The notes under the pieces are model-generated. The model saw nothing but the letters and a program-made list of their open reading frames with translations, searched no databases and was not told the DNA's origin. From NCBI GenBank assembly GCA_001897475.1, contig MKSY01000019.1, positions 43,380 to 107,379 on the forward strand: 64,000 nt of DNA, given 5' to 3'. Every line of letters starts with the position of its first letter. The stretch's first letter is position 1. Below are positions 59,323-64,000 of the stretch, piece after piece. Source of the stretch: Alphaproteobacteria bacterium 43-37 (GTDB lineage: Bacteria > Pseudomonadota > Alphaproteobacteria > 43-37). Made by a program: the position numbers and the translations under genes.

Positions 59323-62300
59323 ATGAAAATGATAAGTGAAAAACTCTCCAACAAAGGAATCCACCACTTGCTTAAGTGTCTAAAGATGTTTCCCCTTGGA
59401 ATAATGGGCCTTTCTGGAAGTGCCGTTTGTGCCTATGCGGTTAATATGGACTTAAATCAACAAGGCGATTTTACCCCACCCACGATTAACCCATATGTCT
59501 CAAGCACTCCTGTGGGTGGTATCGGAGGAAGCTTAAGCGTGGACACAAATGGCGGTGTCTCATACAGCATTGGGATCCAAGTACCTCCAGGGACAAGTGA
59601 CATAGAACCGCAGCTGGCTCTTGTTTATGATAGTCAAGGTAGCAACAGTTATGTTGGCATGGGCTTTAGTTTAAGAGGTATAAGCCAAATCTCTCGGTGC
59701 CAAAAATCGAAACGCATTGATGGCATTGCTTTATCGCCACTTTACACCAGCAATGATGCTTTTTGTATTGATGGCCAACGGATTGTCTTAGGTGATACTT
59801 CGACGTCTGGCTATTATATGGTTAGCCAAACTTGGTCTCGGTTTATTCCCGTAGGCAACTGTGTGGGAGGCCCTTGTTCGTTTACTGTTTTAGCCAATGA
59901 TGGAAGTATCGTTGAGTATGGTGGAACAACTAATTCGAGATTTTTAGCTGAAGGTAAAAATGGGGCTATTATGTCTTGGGCCAATAATAAGATCAGTGAT
60001 CCAAATGGCAATGAGATATATTTTAATTATATCAATTTACCTGGGCAATTTTATGTTGATTCTATTAATTATACAAGCAATAACCTCACAGGCGCTCCAG
60101 CGTTACGGCAAGTAAAGTTTTTTTATGACGATCGGATTGATCTTCAAAGGTCCTATGCGGGCGCTTCGTTTTCCGAGGTGAGGAAAAGGCTTAAAAATAT
60201 TCATACGTATGTTTACGGTAATCCATTTGATAATCAAGAATTGGTCTTGAATTATACTCTTTCTTATGAGTATGCCTCTCCTTCAAATATTAGTCGCTTA
60301 GTAAGGATCGATAAGTGCGACAACCAAATTGTTTGTCTCAATCCAACTACGTTTACCTATCAAGATGCTTCGACAAATTTTTCTGCGCCGGTTGACAGTC
60401 TACCGGGCGGCGCAAACATTTACTCTATAACCAGTGCAAATGATGTCAGATTTGAAGGCGGTCTCGTTATTGATATCAACGGAGACGGTATTCCTGATTT
60501 TTCTAAGGCTACAAGAGTTTTTGGGGGTGGGGATGATTTGGGAGTGTATCTTGGTCGAGGGGATGGTACCTTTTCTTCAACACCAGCATTCAATCTACCA
60601 GGATACGTCTATATCACAATAAACTCAGTAACGTATGAAAGTGGTATTTTACAGGATCTTAATATGGACGGCATTCCTGATTTCGTCCAAGCCACACGCT
60701 TTGATGGCAACAATTCACCAACAAATATTTTTTATGGTAACGGAACAGGTTTTTACACCAATGGCAATCAATTGCCTGGGTTTGTGTTTGACGTGCTCAC
60801 AACGGCTTCTAATGTTTGTGGAATGAAAAATGTACCATTTCGCATAGGAGATATCGTTGATATCAATGGCGATGGGTTTCCTGATCTTGCAACATCCGCC
60901 TATTTTTTCAAGCCTCCCTATGCTCCTGATGTTTCAAGTTGTGACTCCGGTAACTTTGATCAAATAAAATATACATATCTTGGTAGTGCTAATGGTTTCA
61001 GCACGTCATTCTACCCCTCTTTGCCTAACTATAAATATGTACTGAACCAACGCTATCTCTCAAAGACTCGCTACTGGTCGTTTGGAATGATAGCGGACTT
61101 TGATGGTGATGGTATTGCAGATTTTACTCAGGCAACAAAATTTATTGGCCCTTTTTTCGGCCCTCTAGTAAGTGAGAAAAGAGTTTATTATGGCCAACCT
61201 GGTGGGGGCTACCAAGATATTCCTACCCTGTATGATTTGCCAGATTTTTTATTTGTGGCTAGAAATACTGAGGGTCTTGATTTTTATACCCTCAAAATTG
61301 CAACCATAACAGATTTTAACGGCGATGGACGCCTTGACTACTCCAGGGCTTCTTTGTCAAATACGGGCGCAGTTGACAATGTCATTTATTTGCAAAACCA
61401 AAATAGGCAGATGTCTCCTAGTTATGCTCTTCCAGGAAGTCTGTTTTATGTGACATTGGGCCCGGAAAATTACCCTGATTCAGTTAAAACAGTCGGCTTG
61501 GTCCTTGATGTCAATTCAGATGGTATTGTTGATTTTACGATTGGGAATTCCACACACAGGGATATTTTTTTAGGAACAGGTCAAGGGTTTGAAAAACGAG
61601 GCCAGTTGCCAGCCAATAAGTACATTTTTAAAAGCCCCGGGCAGCAGTATGCTACGCTTCAAGATTTCAACGGAGATGGGTATGCTGACTTCAGCTCAGC
61701 CCGAGAAGGCGATTTGGGCGTATATCTTGGGGTTGGGGATGGAACATTTCAACCATATGCTTCCTTCGATCTGCCTACTTATATTTTTAAGGACTCAAAT
61801 GATAAAGTTTCTGAATCAAGTTTGATCGAAGATTTTAATGGGGATGGGATCCAGGATTTTTGTAAGGCAACTACAGTTGAAGGCGAAAGCCAACCGTATC
61901 CTAATTATACTCAGATTTACTTAGGGCCAAACCCTTTCCCACACTTAATGAGTAAAATTAATAATGGTGGTGGAGGGACAACATCCATCTTCTACGCTAC
62001 GATGTTTAATTCGACTGTCTATACCCTTGGTAAGGGAGCCATCTATCCCATTCAAGATTTACGCCGCCCCACGCTTTTGGTTTCATCAACAAGCATTCAA
62101 GATGGTCGTGGAAATGTTTATACAAACGATCATTTTTATGAGGCCGCTCGATTTGATCAAGTAAATCGTGAATGGTTGGGTTTTAATGTTAAGAAGGTTT
62201 ATAACCCACAAATTAATCGAACAACTTTAACGTATTTTAATCAAACCTATCCTTACACCAGTCAACCTTACCGATCTGAGGTACGCCTTGGTAAGGGGTC

Positions 62301-64000
62301 AAGCGGTACGCTTCTTTCCTTAACACAAATGGCGCAAGCCAACGTTAATAATGCCCTATATTTTCCTAAAAATACGATGATTGTTCCTTCTTTTGAGGAA
62401 ACTCAATTTTTTAGCGTTGATGGCGTGTATATGTACACGATGAAAAAATCTTATCACTACACAAGCCCTTCGAACCCAGTTGCCATTCCAGGATTACCCC
62501 ATAGTGATACCTTCGGTAATTTAAGATATGTTCATGATTGGGGGGATGTTGCCGATGATTCTGATGATTTACATACCTATTACTTGTATTATTCAGAATT
62601 ATTTCAAAAAGTTGGCATACCGTTGGCAAGGCGCATAACCAGTGTACCAACAGATACGCCGTTTCCATATGCTTCTCCAGGCTCCTCACCCTTTAATCCT
62701 AGTTTCAACCCGTTTCCATCCCAATGGGACAACTCGCTTGATCTTGAATGGTCTAAAACAACATACGATAGTAGCTCTCGTCTTCAAGTTATAACTTCTA
62801 GCACCTTTGATTCTACGAACCTAGCTTGGGTGGGCTCTTTTAACAGCTATGACGTTTACGGTAACCTAATTTCAAATTGTCGTTTAAGTGATTATACCGC
62901 TGGATCTTGCTTAGCGGGTAAGGACATCCAGTTTACGTATGACCCAATTTATCATAGTTTCCTTACAAGCATCTCTTCACCTGTCAATTCTAATGGCACC
63001 CGTTTTCTTGCGCATATGGGATTTGAGCCGCGTTTTGGAGTGAGGGTTTGGGGTGTAGACTATAATGGTTATATGTCGCATTTGGATGTGGACAATCACG
63101 GCAGAATTGCTAGCCACTATCTCACCCCTCCGTATTCTGGAGAGCCTACTAAAGTTACCACATCTAGTCTCTTTATGGCTGATGCTTTAACTTATTCTGA
63201 AGACCGTGTCAGAATAACATGGGCTGATGATAATACGGCTAACTGGCTTTATTCCCAAAATTACATTGATGGTATTGGACGCTCATATTTGCAAGTAAGA
63301 CTTGCAACACTTCCAAATCAGCTAATTCAACAAAGAGTAGGCTATGATTTAGTTGGGCGTTCCAACCAAACTTACCTTCCTTATTTTTCGACAGACGACC
63401 CTTCTTCTGTTCCTTACAGCTGGGTGGATTACGATATCTTTGATCGTGTCAATAAGTCTGTTTCGACCGATGGAAGCGTTAGTTTGGCTCTTTATGATTA
63501 TGATTGCGTTTCACAAAGTTTCGCGCCACGGAAGCAATGCGCCGTCGCTGCTGCGGGGACACCGCTGGTTCGAAATGATACTGTCACATTCAACAGCCGC
63601 GGAAGCCGCATTGCCCAAATTATGCCCAACAATGGTGTGATCAACTATGTTTTGAATAAGCTTCAACAAACATTGCAGATAATTGACCCCAAAGGGCTCA
63701 CAACCAATATGACATATGACTCGCTAGGCCGAGTCACACAATCAGCCCAGCCTGACTCTGGCTCAACCCAAGTGACCTATGACATCCGAGGTCTCGTGGT
63801 TAAGGTTGTTGATAGTATCGGGCAATCGGTTCAAACCACCTATGATAATTTAGACCGCCCACTCCTGTATAGCGCCTTTGACTCGAATGGGGCTTGGGTT
63901 GAAAATATCACCTATGCTTATGATAAAGCGGGAGCTGAGTGGAATGGCATTGGCGCCCTCTATCAAGTTAGCAATCGCCATAAAGATTCATCTGGTGAAT
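59323..64000 (+). CDS. SpvB-N / FG-GAP / YD-repeat (Rhs, TcB-TcC-like) toxin protein, partial, runs off the window
   Basis: Manual translation from ATG 59323 (GAGG RBS): GSLSVDTNGGVSYSIGIQVPPGTSDIEPQLALVYDSQGSNSYVGMGFSL (SpvB-type), eight DxNGDGxxDF motifs, REWLGF, YDSLGRVTQSAQPDSGSTQVTYDIRG. No stop found in the parts translated, and absence from the ORF track is consistent with no stop before 64000. Confidence 0.9.
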   Translation, partial: MKMISEKLSNKGIHHLLKCLKMFPLGIMGLSGSAVCAYAVNMDLNQQGDFTPPTINPYVSSTPVGGIGGSLSVDTNGGVSYSIGIQVPPGTSDIEPQLALVYDSQGSNSYVGMGFSLRGISQISRCQKSKRIDGIALSPLYTSNDAFCIDGQRIVLGDTSTSGYYMVSQTWSRFIPVGNCVGGPCSFTVLANDGSIVEYGGTTNSRFLAEGKNGAIMSWANNKISDPNGNEIYFNYINLPGQFYVDSINYTSNNLTGAPALRQVKFFYDDRIDLQRSYAGASFSEVRKRLKNIHTYVYGNPFDNQELVLNYTLSYEYASPSNISRLVRIDKCDNQIVCLNPTTFTYQDASTNFSAPVDSLPGGANIYSITSANDVRFEGGLVIDINGDGIPDFSKATRVFGGGDDLGVYLGRGDGTFSSTPAFNLPGYVYITINSVTYESGILQDLNMDGIPDFVQATRFDGNNSPTNIFYGNGTGFYTNGNQLPGFVFDVLTTASNVCGMKNVPFRIGDIVDINGDGFPDLATSAYFFKPPYAPDVSSCDSGNFDQIKYTYLGSANGFSTSFYPSLPNYKYVLNQRYLSKTRYWSFGMIADFDGDGIADFTQATKFIGPFFGPLVSEKRVYYGQPGGGYQDIPTLYDLPDFLFVARNTEGLDFYTLKIATITDFNGDGRLDYSRASLSNTGAVDNVIYLQNQNRQMSPSYALPGSLFYVTLGPENYPDSVKTVGLVLDVNSDGIVDFTIGNSTHRDIFLGTGQGFEKRGQLPANKYIFKSPGQQYATLQDFNGDGYADFSSAREGDLGVYLGVGDGTFQPYASFDLPTYIFKDSNDKVSESSLIEDFNGDGIQDFCKATTVEGESQPYPNYTQIYLGPNPFPHLMSKINNGGGGTTSIFYATMFNSTVYTLGKGAIYPIQDLRRPTLLVSSTSIQDGRGNVYTNDHFYEAARFDQVNREWLGFNVKKVYNPQINRTTLTYFNQTYPYTSQPYRSEVRLGKGSSGTLLSLTQMAQANVNNALYFPKNTMIVPSFEETQFFSVDGVYMYTMKKSYHYTSPSNPVAIPGLPHSDTFGNLRYVHDWGDVADDSDDLHTYYLYYSELFQKVGIPLARRITSVPTDTPFPYASPGSSPFNPSFNPFPSQWDNSLDLEWSKTTYDSSSRLQVITSSTFDSTNLAWVGSFNSYDVYGNLISNCRLSDYTAGSCLAGKDIQFTYDPIYHSFLTSISSPVNSNGTRFLAHMGFEPRFGVRVWGVDYNGYMSHLDVDNHGRIASHYLTPPYSGEPTKVTTSSLFMADALTYSEDRVRITWADDNTANWLYSQNYIDGIGRSYLQVRLATLPNQLIQQRVGYDLVGRSNQTYLPYFSTDDPSSVPYSWVDYDIFDRVNKSVSTDGSVSLALYDYDCVSQSFAPRKQCAVAAAGTPLVRNDTVTFNSRGSRIAQIMPNNGVINYVLNKLQQTLQIIDPKGLTTNMTYDSLGRVTQSAQPDSGSTQVTYDIRGLVVKVVDSIGQSVQTTYDNLDRPLLYSAFDSNGAWVENITYAYDKAGAEWNGIGALYQVSNRHKDSSGE

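Noticed and set aside
59814-63640. Short ORFs listed in the track over the last 4.5 kb
   Set aside because: Out-of-frame or antisense shadows of the long Rhs ORF starting at 59323.

Overview
Chromosomal window of an alphaproteobacterium. The hemC-hemD-mic60-hemY, dapF-mtaB-ftsY, tsaD-gpsA and flgBC-fliE/fliOP synteny, together with many orphan secreted proteins, suggests a host-associated Holosporales/Rickettsiales-like lineage (inference). Most of the window is housekeeping genes (grpE, hrcA, rmuC, lpdA, NAD-GDH, sppA, fabI, phoH, miaB) plus tRNA-Lys(TTT) and tRNA-Gly(GCC). Accessory content: (1) a decayed ~3.1 kb island at tRNA-Lys, bounded by an unusually long 292-bp direct repeat that includes the hrcA 5' end, carrying an integrase remnant, an IS5 remnant and a secreted PI-PLC-like enzyme; (2) csrA plus a FliT-like orphan at the head of the fliOP operon; (3) an NlpC/P60 protein followed by an apparently degenerate paralog; (4) an NO-defence cluster ytfE-norB(qNor)-nsrR-DUF4149 with an NsrR box; (5) low-complexity and repeat secreted orphans, one interrupted by an in-frame TGA; (6) a REP-like palindrome with amplified arms; (7) at the right end, a 2214-aa rOmpA-like repeat passenger with no autotransporter barrel, followed 38 bp later by a >1550-aa SpvB/FG-GAP/YD (Rhs, TcB-C-like) protein that is missing from the ORF track because it runs off the window. 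Items 7 and 2 are the best candidates for undescribed systems. All calls come from reading motifs by eye; no searches were run.
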